Shown here piece after piece: positions 14,583 through 25,608 of a stretch of DNA of 64,000 bases (the first letter of the stretch is position 1; each line of letters begins with the position of its first letter). Source of the stretch: Dictyostelium discoideum (lineage: Eukaryota). A program made the translations under genes and the position numbers. Location: positions 4,864,001 through 4,928,000 of the forward strand of contig CM000153.2 in the NCBI GenBank assembly GCA_000004695.1, given 5' to 3'. The notes under the pieces were generated by a model that was given only the letters and a program-made list of their open reading frames with translations, searched no databases and had not been told where the DNA came from.

Positions 14583-15851
14583 TTATTTTTCAAATGATGA
14601 AGGTATTGGAAAAATTTCATTAAAAGTGATATCGAATAAATATTGAATTTCATCAGTCATTAATTCTATTCCATCATTTAAACATATTGAGTTTATAGTA
14701 AGTCTTAATTGATCAACTTTTTGAAATATTTGTTGAAAATTATCATTATTTAATTGAAGATATAATACATCGGATGTGGTTTTAATTGTACATTTTGAAA
14801 ATTTAATTGCAAATTGGTTATATAAATGTGCCATTTGGAAATCAGTTTTATTTCTAAAGAAATGTGAAGAGGTGATTTCTAAACCTGTGCCGAAATCTTC
14901 TTGCATTTTATACCATATCTTTCTATTGAAAACTTGAATTCCATGAGCTGGGAAATTTCTTTTATACTCTTGTCCATCTCCCCATATTATTGCCAATGCT
15001 CTATTTGTTAATAAAACTCCCATTGTATATTCATCAAATGATTTTGAATTTCCCGATTTTCCACCCAGCACGTCTTTATTAAAAAAAACAACTTGATTAA
15101 AATTTTCATCAAAATAATCACTTTGTTCAACTGGTCTACTTAAAATTATATCATCATTTAAATATAAAAAACAATTTGAAACTTCAATTGGTAAATTCCA
15201 AAAATTTGATTCAATTGAATTTGAATTAAATGATGGTAAATCTGATCTAATAATTTTAAAAAATAATGAAAAAAATAAATATAAAAATGAAAAAAAAAAA
15301 AAAAAATGAAAAATCTATTAATAATTATTCTTTGAAAAATGAAAAAATAAAAATTTAAAAATAAAAAAATTATAAATAATTTACTTTTTATGAAAATAAT
15401 CATCATGTGATATAAATCTAACATTTTCAGGATTTTCTATATTAAACCATGTCGGTATTTGATTTGCAGTAATTATAAAAATATTTTTAATCCATGGTGC
15501 ATATTGTCTAACACTTCTTAATGAATATTTTAATGTACCAATATCTCTAAAATTGGTTGTGGGTGGTGAATAACTAAAATTACCTATTCTTTGTATTTTT
15601 GATTCTTCATGTATTGGATCTGAGCCATTAACCCAAGTATAAACTAAATCTACATATTTACATTCTCTTGACATTATAACTTGTTTAATATTTCTTTCAT
15701 TTTCATTTAAACCAATAGGTTTTGATTTAAAATCATCATATATTTCTTTAGGAAAACTTCTATTACAAAATTTGAAAAAAATAATTAAATAAAAAATAAC
15801 AATTACCAATGTAAATATAATTGATTTTTTTTTATTTAAATTTTTTATCAT
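14583..15851 (-). CDS. Stealth-family / GlcNAc-1-phosphotransferase-like protein, paralog B. Two exons: 15851-15385 and 15246-14583.
   Basis: CR1-like VDLVYTWVNGSDP, CR2-like LKYSLRSVRQYAPWIKNIFIITANQIPTWF, CR3-like LYLNDDII, and a conserved C-terminal exon. Exon 1 ends with a GTAAAT donor after …FHKK (phase 2) and joins a TTAG acceptor at 15248-15247. The start is taken at MIKNLNKKK (15851), after an upstream poly-F/K artefact. Confidence 0.7.
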
Positions 15852-16244
15852 TTTTTTTTTTTTGAATAAAATAAAATAATATAAAATAAAATAATATAAA
15901 ATAAAATAAAAAAAACCCAAAAGACACTAACTCTTGAAATTATTTATTTTTTTTCTTTGTCACTTTTTTAAATACTTTCAGAAAATAAAAAAAATAAAAA
16001 AAATAAAAAAATATATATTTTATAATAAATTGGATCAACCTATATGCTCAGAATGTCAAAAAAAAAAAAAAAAAAAAAAAAAAAAACAAAATAATTATTC
16101 TTTAAATTTCTTATGAAAACCCTGGTTTTTAAAACTAAAAATAAAAAATAAAATAAAAAAAAAAATTAAAAAAATTAAAAAAATTAAAAAAATCAAAATG
16201 CACAAAATAAAAATAGATTCGAACATTGCAAACGTTGTAAATGT

Positions 16245-16295
<51 letters not shown>

Positions 16296-16429
16296 ATTTT
16301 TTTTTTAAACACCAAAAGTGACTTGCACCAATTCCTCTAAAAAATTTTTTTTTTTATTTTTTTATTTTTTATTTTTTCATTTTTAAACCGCCAAAAAAAA
16401 AAAAAAAAAAAAAAAAAAACGAACCTTTT

Positions 16430-16530
16430 TAAAAAATAAAATAATTGATTTGAGTTGGACAATTTTTGTAAATAATTGTTAATAAACTCTAAACCCTCAT
16501 TTAAATTTAAACATATTGAGTTCATTTTAT
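16430..16530 (-). pseudogene. Relic fragment of the Stealth 3' exon, lying between the two paralogs
   Basis: Minus-strand translation …KEIKMNSICLNLNEGLEFINNYLQK… matches paralog A's C-terminus …RDETNSICLNDGLEFINDDLQKK…, as does the nucleotide motif …catttaaa(c)atattgagtt…. There is no upstream exon and the match decays quickly. Confidence 0.5.
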
Positions 16531-16622
16531 CTCTTTAATTTTTAAATTCCAATATCTATAAAACCAGGAGGTGGTGTTGGTGAATATTGTCAAACACCAA
16601 TACTGTTTTTTTTTAATTTTAT

Positions 16623-17941
16623 TTATTTTTCAAAATTAGATTTAATTGGGAATAGGAAATTAAAAGTATCATCAGATTTTTTTTGAAGATCATCATTAAT
16701 AAATTCCAAACCATCATTTAAACATATTGAGTTTGTTTCATCTCTGGAATTTTTAAGGATTTCTAATTTTTCATCAAAATTTTCATTATTTAATTGAATA
16801 TATAATACATCATCTGAACCTATAATTGGTTTTGAATATCTTAATGCAAATTGAATATATAAATGTGAGATTTGAAAATCAGTTATATTTCTAAACTTAT
16901 TTGAAGATGTAATTTCTAAACCTGCACCAAATTCTTCTTGCATTTTATACCATATCTTTCTATTGAAAACTTGAATTCCATGAGCTGGTATACTCCTTTT
17001 TCTATCTTGACCCCAAATTGAAGCCAATGCTCTATTTGAAAATAAAATTGCTTTTGAATATTGGTCATATAAATCTAGAAAATAGGCTTTTCTACCCATT
17101 AAATATTCCGTTAAAAAAACGGATTGTCTAAAATTTTTATTTTCATCAAAATAATCACTTTGTTTAACTGGTCTACTAAAAAATATATCATCATTTAAAT
17201 ATAAAAAACAATTTGAAACTTCAATTGGTAAATTCCAAAAATTTGATTCAATTGAATTTGAATTAAATGTTGGTAAATCTGACCTAAAAATTTTAAAAAA
17301 AAAATAAAATTACCATATTAATATTAATTAATTTATTTATAAAATTATTAAAAATTTAATTTAATTTACTTTTTATGAAAATAATCACTATGTGAAATAA
17401 ATCTAACATTTTCAGAATTTTCAATATCGAACCATGTCGGTATTTGATTTGCAGTAATTATAAAAATATTTTTAATCCATGGTGCATATTGTCTAACACT
17501 TCTTAATGAATATTTTAAAGTATTGAGATCTCTAAATGAAGATGGTATATATCTATTTACAGAGATATCATCAGCTTGTAAACTCATTCTAGTTTTCTTA
17601 TGACTATCGATATGTTTTGGATCTGAACCATTTACCCAAGTATATACTAAATCCACATATTCACATTCTCTTGATAATACAATTTGTTTTATTCTTTTTT
17701 CTTTTTCTGTTAATTCTATTGGTTTTGATTGAAAATAATTATAAATTGTATGTTCATCAAAAACTTTATTTTCACCATTAATCGTGTACCCAATTCTATT
17801 AAATAAAACAAATGGAAAATCTATATCTCTTAATTTACAAAATAAGAATGTATTACTTATTATTACTATTATTACAGCTATTAAAAAAACACCTCGTTTC
17901 AGTAGGTATTTTGGTATTCTCTTTGTAGCAGACAGCCTACT

Positions 17942-17944
<3 letters not shown>
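16623..17944 (-). CDS. Stealth-family / GlcNAc-1-phosphotransferase-like protein, paralog A. Two exons: 17944-17370 and 17283-16623.
   Basis: VDLVYTWVNGSDP, LKYSLRSVRQYAPWIKNIFIITANQIPTWF and YLNDDIFF, with a …NFEK* tail. Same exon structure as paralog B (GTAAAT donor, TTTTTAG acceptor, phase 2). The start is taken at MSRLSATKR (17944), after a poly-K artefact. Confidence 0.7.
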
Positions 17945-17988
<44 letters not shown>

Positions 17989-18203
17989 CCAACTTTACAA
18001 TTTAGTTAATTTTCAGTTTAATAAATATAATAAACTATTCAATTATTACTGTTACAATTATTATTACTGTTATTTTTTTTTTTTTGTTTTACCAGAGGAA
18101 AAAAAAAATTAAAAAAATTAAAAAAATTAAAAAAAAAATGTCAACTAAAAATAAAAAATATCTTAAATTTCAAAAAAAACCGATTAACATGAACAATCTA
18201 TTG

Positions 18204-18260
<57 letters not shown>

Positions 18261-18438
18261 TATTTTCGTTCAACCGGACAAATCCAATTGTTTGAAAAAA
18301 AAAAAAAAAAAAATTTTTTTCGACGCAGTGCAATAATATATAAAAAAAAAAAAAGTGAAATTTAGAGAAGAAAAATAAACAAAAAAAAAAAGATACTTTT
18401 TTCATTATTTTGTTGAAATAAATTATTTTTTTATTTTT

Positions 18439-18902
18439 TTAAATTTTATTTTTTGCTTCTAAAACGAATTTCTCTTCAAATTTATTCTTTGGTGTCATTG
18501 AGGCAGCAATGGTGTAATATTCATTTGCTTTTTCATATTGTTTTAATTGAGTGTAACAATCAGCGATTGAAACTATACATCTAATTAAAGTTGGATCAAT
18601 TTGATAGGAACTTAAAAAATAATCCAATGCTTCTTGGTATGTTGCATTTGGCACTTTACCAAATAAAGCATTTGCAACACCCCTCTCAATCCAACTTATT
18701 GATGCCACTGAATAACTCCATCTTCCTAATAAAAATAAGGTTATACTATCATTTGGTCGTAAATTTAAAGATTTTAATGCATACTCTTGAATTTTTGGTG
18801 CATTTCCCACTTTTTCTTTTGAACTTAAAAATTCACCTAATCCTGATGTTGAAATTGCCCACCACTTTATTATTTATTAATATTATTAATAATATTTTTT
18901 TT

Positions 18903-18936
<34 letters not shown>

Positions 18937-19209
18937 ACATACTTTATATAAATCAGGATGTTCATTAGTTGGTATGAATTTATTTATTATTTCTAATGAA
19001 GTTTGAATATATTTTAATTTTGTATCTCTATCTTCTTCTAAATCACTTTGATTATAATATGCACGAGCTAATCTCCAATTGATTTCAACATTCTTATTGA
19101 CATTATCTTGGTCCTCTTGTTGATTAATAAATTCAATGATTTCATCATGTTTACATTGGTCATGTAATTTATCTGCTTTATTAATTATTTCTTCCATTGG
19201 TAAAAACAT
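18439..19209 (-). CDS. TPR-like protein, possibly regulator of microtubule dynamics (RMD/FAM82) family. Two exons: 19209-18943 and 18864-18439.
   Basis: …VEINWRLARAYYNQSDLEED… followed by TPR-like helices. The GTATGT donor after …HPDLYK and an AAAG acceptor join in frame to WWAISTSGLGEF…. Exon-1 end coordinate is uncertain by ±1 because of an ambiguous homopolymer count. Confidence 0.4.
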
Positions 19210-19289
19210 TTATTTTACAAGTTTTTTATTACTATAATTATTATTTTTTTTATTTTTTAATTACCAAAATAAAATTTTTTTATTACCCC

Positions 19290-19329
<40 letters not shown>

Positions 19330-19826
19330 AAATATTTTAAAATAAAATAAATTAAAATTTTAATTCTCAATGCTAACACCAAAACTTGACACATTCTGAA
19401 AGTTATATATAACTCTTTTAATCTTTTCTTTTTTTATTTCAAAACACCACACATAATATTTTTTTGATTATTTATTTTTATTTTCATTTTTATTTTTTTT
19501 TTTTTTATTCTCACTTTTGTTTTAATTTTTATTTTATTTTATTTTTATTTTATTTTTATTTTTATTTTTTTTAATAAAAAAGAGGAGGAAAAAAAAAATT
19601 GTTAAACCATGTGATAAATTTTCAGACACATCATACGAACAACACTTAACTATACGCTCTTACTCAAACATATGCATACATGTAGTGTGCCCAATATTTT
19701 TGGTTTTAAAAAAGAGAAATGTTTAAATCCTAAAATAAAATGTATTTTTTATTATTTAATTATTTATTTATTTAATTAATTATTTATTTTTTTATTTGTA
19801 TTTTTTTATTTTTATTTGTTTTATAT

Positions 19827-20270
19827 TTATAAAGCTAACATTGAGAGTAAAGCAAGGGCAAAAAGAGCAAAACTAGCACCAATTCTTGTAGAATCAGAAG
19901 AGTCAGACTCTGAAGAGTTTGTTTTGTCTGGAACACAAACAACTGAGTATGTTGTAGTACCAATTGCAACTTTTGATTTACCATCTACACAAGTAAATTC
20001 ATTTGAAGAAGTAGGAGTTGCAGCACATTTTGTATCTTGAGCACCAAATTGATTAAATGTAAACTTTGAGGTAGAACCAGTTACTGGTAATACATTAAGA
20101 ATTGAACCACAAGCAGATTGGCAAGTATTAACCTTTAATTCAACTGGTGTTGTTACACATGGAGAGCTGGCATCTGAATTTGTAACTTGAAAATTTGAGA
20201 AAGTTTCAGCTGCATTTGAAGAAGCAATAATTGCTACAATTAATAATAATAATGGTTTAGTAAATTTCAT
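19827..20270 (-). CDS. Ponticulin-like small secreted, probably GPI-anchored, protein; array copy 1
   Basis: 147 aa with an N-terminal signal peptide (MKFTKPLLLLIVAIIASSNA), six Cys, an S/T-rich stalk, and a C-terminal hydrophobic tail (GASFALFALALLSMLAL) typical of a GPI signal. Overall organisation resembles ponticulin. One of five near-identical copies. Confidence 0.6.
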   Translation of the reverse strand: MKFTKPLLLLIVAIIASSNAAETFSNFQVTNSDASSPCVTTPVELKVNTCQSACGSILNVLPVTGSTSKFTFNQFGAQDTKCAATPTSSNEFTCVDGKSKVAIGTTTYSVVCVPDKTNSSESDSSDSTRIGASFALFALALLSMLAL

Positions 20271-21048
20271 TTTGAATTGGTTTATTTTTTTTATGTATTG
20301 GAATTTATATATATATAATTTGTTTTTATATTGATTATAATTTTTTTTTTTTTTATTATTACTATTTTTTTTTTTATTCTCAATTTATACTAAAAAAAAT
20401 TATTTTTATTATTTTTTTTTTAATTTTCAAATATTTAGTATTAACACGTTGGTAAGAAACTTAATTTTTTTTTTCTAAACCATTGTTTTTTAAAAAAAAA
20501 AAAAACCAAGATTTATTTTTGATTTTTACTTGAAAAATGCAAGCAAAGCAATTTTATTTTTTTTTTTTTTTTTTTTTCTTGGAGAAATCTTTGATTGAGA
20601 AATTTACAATGACAAACTTTTTTTGTTATTTGAAAAATAAAATAAGGATTATTATTACTTAAAAAAACAAGAAAATTTATATATTTTTTTTTTTTAAAGA
20701 TAGTTTTACCAGGAGAAAATTTAAAATTAAAATATGGAAACAATAGAATTTTTAATATTGAAATTCGATGCGATTGTAGATAATACTAATTGATTTCATT
20801 TCATTTTTTAAGTTAGAAATTTAGTTAGTTTCCTAATATTATTTTAAATTCCATTTTAAAAATTAAATATTTCTTATGATTAATTATTTAAACTATGCAC
20901 AAAAAAGTTAATTTGTAAATTTAATGTTAGTAATATTTTAGATGATTAGATTTTTTATTTTATAATTTTGAACATATCATAAACGAATGTTAATTTTAAT
21001 GAGAGTGTGGAAAATTAATTTAATTTATTTATTTGTTTTTTTTGTTTT

Positions 21049-21492
21049 TTATATAGCTAACATTGAGAGTAAAACAGAGGCAGCAAGAGCAAAACTAGCA
21101 CCAATTCTGGTAGAATCAGAAGAGTCAGACTCTGAAGAGTTTGTTTTATCTGGAACACAAACAACTGAGTATGTTGTAGTACCAATTGCAACTTTTGATT
21201 TACCATCTACACAAGTGAATTCATTTGAAGAAGTAGGAGTTGCAGCACATTTTGTATCTTGAGCACCAAATTGATTAAATGTAAACTTTGAAGTTGAACC
21301 GGTCACTGGTAATACATTAAGAATTGAACCACAAGCAGATTGGCAAGTATTAACCTTTAATTCAACTGGTGTTGTTACACATGGAGAGTTGGCATCTGAA
21401 TTTGTAACTTGAAAATTTGAGAAAGTTTCAGCTGCGTTTGAAGAAGCAAAAACTGCAACAATTAATAATAATAATGATTTGGTAAATTTCAT
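21049..21492 (-). CDS. Ponticulin-like protein, array copy 2
   Basis: Identical or nearly identical to copy 1 (147 aa). Confidence 0.6.
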   Translation of the reverse strand: MKFTKSLLLLIVAVFASSNAAETFSNFQVTNSDANSPCVTTPVELKVNTCQSACGSILNVLPVTGSTSKFTFNQFGAQDTKCAATPTSSNEFTCVDGKSKVAIGTTTYSVVCVPDKTNSSESDSSDSTRIGASFALAASVLLSMLAI

Positions 21493-21594
21493 TTTTCTAT
21501 TTGATTTTTTTTATTGGGATTTATTTGTATGGTATAATTTGTTTTTTTTTAATTCTTATTTTTTTTAAAATGTTCTATTTATACTCAAAATCAG

Positions 21595-21629
<35 letters not shown>

Positions 21630-22229
21630 TTTTAAATGTTAGGTATTAACACGTTGGTAATAAACTTTTTTTTATTTTTCATCTTGAATTTCAAAAAAAA
21701 AAAAAATCCAAGATTTGTTTTCGATTTTTAATTGAAAAATGCTAGCAAAGCAAATTATTTTAAATTATAAAGAAACTAACAAACTGAATTTTATTTAAAA
21801 GTAGTGTTGAAAATTATATTTCTTATAAAAAAAAATAAAAATTAAAAAAATAAATAATTCGAGATCATTTTTATTAATTATTTTTTTATTTCACTAATAT
21901 TTTTAGTTTTTTTTTTTTTTTATTTTTTTTTATTTAATTATTTATTTAAATTAAATGAGTTTAAATCCCTATTCAACAAGAAAATTAAACTAAAATGAGT
22001 TTTTTAGTTTATATAATAAATAAATTTGAAAAATAATATAGTCACCCATTCCACCAATCATAACCTCGAATATTTACAAACAACATTATCCAGGAATAAA
22101 TCAGATAAAATTTTGAAAGATAATTTAAAAATAACTTTTTATGGAATATTCCATTTTAATAATTGTTAAAACTATGGACATATATTTCACATGATTATAT
22201 ATTTTTTTTTTATTTATTTTATTTGTTTT

Positions 22230-22673
22230 TTATAAAGCTATCATTGAGAGTAAAGCAGCGGCAGCAAGAGCAAAGCTAGCACCAATTCTTGTAGAATCAG
22301 AAGAGTCAGACTCTGAAGAGTTTGTTTTATCTGGAACACAGACGACTGAATATGTTGTACTACCAATTGCAACTTTTGATTTACCATCTACACAAGTGAA
22401 TTCATTTGAAGAAGTAGGAGTTGCAGCACATTTTGTATCTTGAGCACCAAATTGATTAAATGTAAACTTTGAAGTAGAACCAGTTACTGGTAATACATTA
22501 AGAATTGAACCACAAGCAGATTGGCAAGTATTAACCTTTAATTCAACTGGTGTTGTTACACATGGAGAGCTAGCTTCTGAATTTGTAACTTGAAAATTTG
22601 AGAAAGTTTCAGCTGCGTTTGAAGAAGCAAAAACTGCAACAATTAATAATAATAATGATTTAGTAAATTTCAT
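22230..22673 (-). CDS. Ponticulin-like protein, array copy 3
   Basis: Identical or nearly identical to copy 1 (147 aa). Confidence 0.6.
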   Translation of the reverse strand: MKFTKSLLLLIVAVFASSNAAETFSNFQVTNSEASSPCVTTPVELKVNTCQSACGSILNVLPVTGSTSKFTFNQFGAQDTKCAATPTSSNEFTCVDGKSKVAIGSTTYSVVCVPDKTNSSESDSSDSTRIGASFALAAAALLSMIAL

Positions 22674-22973
22674 TTTTGTTTTTGATTTTTTTTATTGGAA
22701 TTTATTAATATGGTATAATTTGTTTTTAAATATATATTTTTTTTTTTTATAATTTTTTTTTTTTTTCAAAGTGTTCTATTTATACTCAAAAAATTTTCAA
22801 TAATTTATTTTATTTTTATTTATTTTTTTTTATTTTCAATTATTTGGTATTAACACGTTGGCAATAAACCTATTTTTATTTTTCATCCAGGATTTTAAAA
22901 AAAAAAAATAAAAACCAAGATTAGTTTTTGATTTTTACTAGAAAAATGCAAGCAAGGCAAATTTTATTTTTTA

Positions 22974-23009
<36 letters not shown>

Positions 23010-23441
23010 CGTGATGAAATCTTTGATTAGGCAAATATAAAATGAGAAACTTTTTATTTTATCTGAAAAACAAAATTAAGACTTTATTACTTGAAAAAAA
23101 CAAAACAGTATTATTTTTAGTTTTTTTTTATTTTTTTTATTTTTTTTTTTTTTTGTTGTAAAAATTAAAATATAATTATACCAAAACCCAAAAAAGGTTT
23201 AAAATTAATTAGATTGTTTTTTAAAATAATATTCCTTTTTAATTTCCTTAAATTGAAATCAAAAAATTTCTTTTTTAAACAGTATAATTTTTTATTATTT
23301 ATTGTTAAAATTGTGAGCGAATTTATAAATTAAATATTTTTTATTTTTTAAGTATGAAAATATTTTTAATTTTATAACTTTTCAAAAGCAAAAAGTAAAA
23401 TGAAATTGTTTTAAATAACTAATAATAATAAAATATATTAT

Positions 23442-23885
23442 TTATAAAGCTAACATTGAGAGTAAAGCAAGGGCAAAAAGAGCAAAGCTAGCACCAATTC
23501 TGGTAGAATCAGAAGAGTCAGACTCTGAAGAGTTTGTTTTATCTGGAACACAAACAACTGAGTATGTTGTACTTCCAATTGCAACTTTTGATTTACCATC
23601 TACACAAGTAAATTCATTTGAAGAAGTAGGAGTTGCAGCACATTTTGTATCTTGAGCACCAAATTGATTAAATGTAAACTTTGAAGTTGAACCGGTCACT
23701 GGTAATACATTAAGAATTGAACCACATGCAGATTGGCAAGTATTAACCTTTAATTCAACTGGTGTTGTTACACATGGAGAGTTGGCATCTGAATTTGTAA
23801 CTTGAAAATTTGAGAAAGTTTCAGCTGCGTTTGAAGAAGCAAAAACTGCAACAATTAATAATAATAATGATTTAGTAAATTTCAT
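23442..23885 (-). CDS. Ponticulin-like protein, array copy 4
   Basis: Identical or nearly identical to copy 1 (147 aa). Confidence 0.6.
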   Translation of the reverse strand: MKFTKSLLLLIVAVFASSNAAETFSNFQVTNSDANSPCVTTPVELKVNTCQSACGSILNVLPVTGSTSKFTFNQFGAQDTKCAATPTSSNEFTCVDGKSKVAIGSTTYSVVCVPDKTNSSESDSSDSTRIGASFALFALALLSMLAL

Positions 23886-24131
23886 TTTGTATTTGATTTT
23901 TTTGTTGGAATTTATTTATATGGTATAATTTGTTTTTAAATATATTTTTTTTTATTATTTTTTTTTTTTAAAATGTTTTATTTATACTCAAAAAAATTAT
24001 TTTTTTTTATTTTTCAAATATTTGGTATTAACACGTTGGTAATAAACTTTATTTTACTTTTCATCCTTGATTTCAAAAAAAATAAAAACCAAGATTTGTT
24101 TTCGATTTTTAATTGAAAAATGCAAGCAAAG

Positions 24132-24163
<32 letters not shown>

Positions 24164-24588
24164 CATGATGAAATCTTTGTTTATGCAAGTTTAAAATTAG
24201 AAACTTTTTTATTTTATCTGAAAAACAAAATTAGGACTACTATTACTTGAAATAAAATACCATTTTATTATTTTTTTTTTTAAACATATTTTGGTTGTAG
24301 TAAATTTAAAAATAAAATATATTAAAAAACAAATCAAGGTATAAAATTAATATTATACTATTTTTTAAATAATATTCCGTTTTTTTCCTTAAATTATTAT
24401 CAAAAATTGCTTTTTTTAAATTCGTATAATTTTTTATTATTTATTATCAAAACTGTGAATTTTTCATATTTTTATTTTTTTATAATTTTATAACTTATCA
24501 CAATTTTTCAAAAACAAACTATCCAATGAAATTGTTTTAATTAATTAATCTTAATAAAATATATTATTTTTTTTATTTGTTTTATGTT

Positions 24589-25032
24589 TTATAAAGCTAA
24601 CATTGAGAGTAAAGCAAGGGCAAAAAGGGCAAAGCTAGCACCAATTCTGGTAGAATCAGAAGAGTCAGACTCTGAAGAGTTTGTTTTGTCTGGAACACAA
24701 ACAACTGAGTATGTTGTAGTACCAATTGCAACTTTTGATTTACCATCTACACAAGTGAATTCATTTGAAGAAGTAGGAGTTGCAGCACATTTTGTATCTT
24801 GAGCACCAAATTGATTAAATGTAAACTTTGAGGTAGAACCAGTTACTGGTAATACATTAAGAATTGAATCGCATGCAGATTGGCAAGTATTAACCTTTAA
24901 TTCAACTGGTGTTGTTACACATGGAGAGCTAGCTTCTGAATTTGTAACTTGAAAATTTGAGAAAGTTTCAGCTGCATTTGAAGAAGCAATAATTGCTACA
25001 ATTAATAATAATAAAGAATTATTTAATTTCAT
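24589..25032 (-). CDS. Ponticulin-like protein, array copy 5
   Basis: Most diverged copy (MKLNNSLLLL…, one Gly-to-Asp change); otherwise identical. Confidence 0.55.
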   Translation of the reverse strand: MKLNNSLLLLIVAIIASSNAAETFSNFQVTNSEASSPCVTTPVELKVNTCQSACDSILNVLPVTGSTSKFTFNQFGAQDTKCAATPTSSNEFTCVDGKSKVAIGTTTYSVVCVPDKTNSSESDSSDSTRIGASFALFALALLSMLAL

Positions 25033-25567
25033 TTTTGTTTTTTAAAATAATATTTTTTTTTATAATTTTTCTTTTTGATTGGTGCTCTATTTATACTTAA
25101 AATTTTTATTTCTATTTTTTTATTTTTGGTATTGACACGTAGTTGAAGTTTATTTTTATCTCTAAATCCTGGTTTTTTAAAAAAAAAGATTAGTTTTCGA
25201 TTTTTACTTGAAAAATGCTAGCAAGGCAAATTATTTTAAACACGCTTATATTATTTTTTTTTTTCTTTATAATGAAATCTTTGATATGAAAATTATAAGG
25301 AGAAACTTTTTATTTATTTGAAAGTTGTTTTTTTTTCAATTTTACATTTTTATTTTATTAATGGTTTGAGACAATTCACAATTAAAAAACTAATAATAGA
25401 AAAAAAAAAATCCAGCCAAAAAAAAAAAAAACAAATAAAAAGCTACACAAAAAAGATTATTTTTTAAATTATATATTTTATTATAATTTTTTTTTTTTTT
25501 TTTATTCTTTATACATATAAAACTATTAAATGTATAAAAGAGATAATATTATGATTATTTTGGTTTT

Positions 25568-25602
<35 letters not shown>

Positions 25603-25608
25603 AATTAA

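Noticed and set aside
15934-16116. 60-aa poly-K ORF between the Stealth paralogs
   Set aside because: A homopolymer artefact.
18084-18365. 93-aa plus-strand ORF rich in Lys
   Set aside because: It is encoded entirely by poly(A) tracts in an intergenic spacer. This is a low-complexity artefact with no complex sequence.
19816-24802. Plus-strand ORFs of 72-91 aa antisense to each ponticulin-like copy (19816-20040, 20987-21262, 24584-24802)
   Set aside because: Antisense shadows of the conserved minus-strand CDS, with no independent support.
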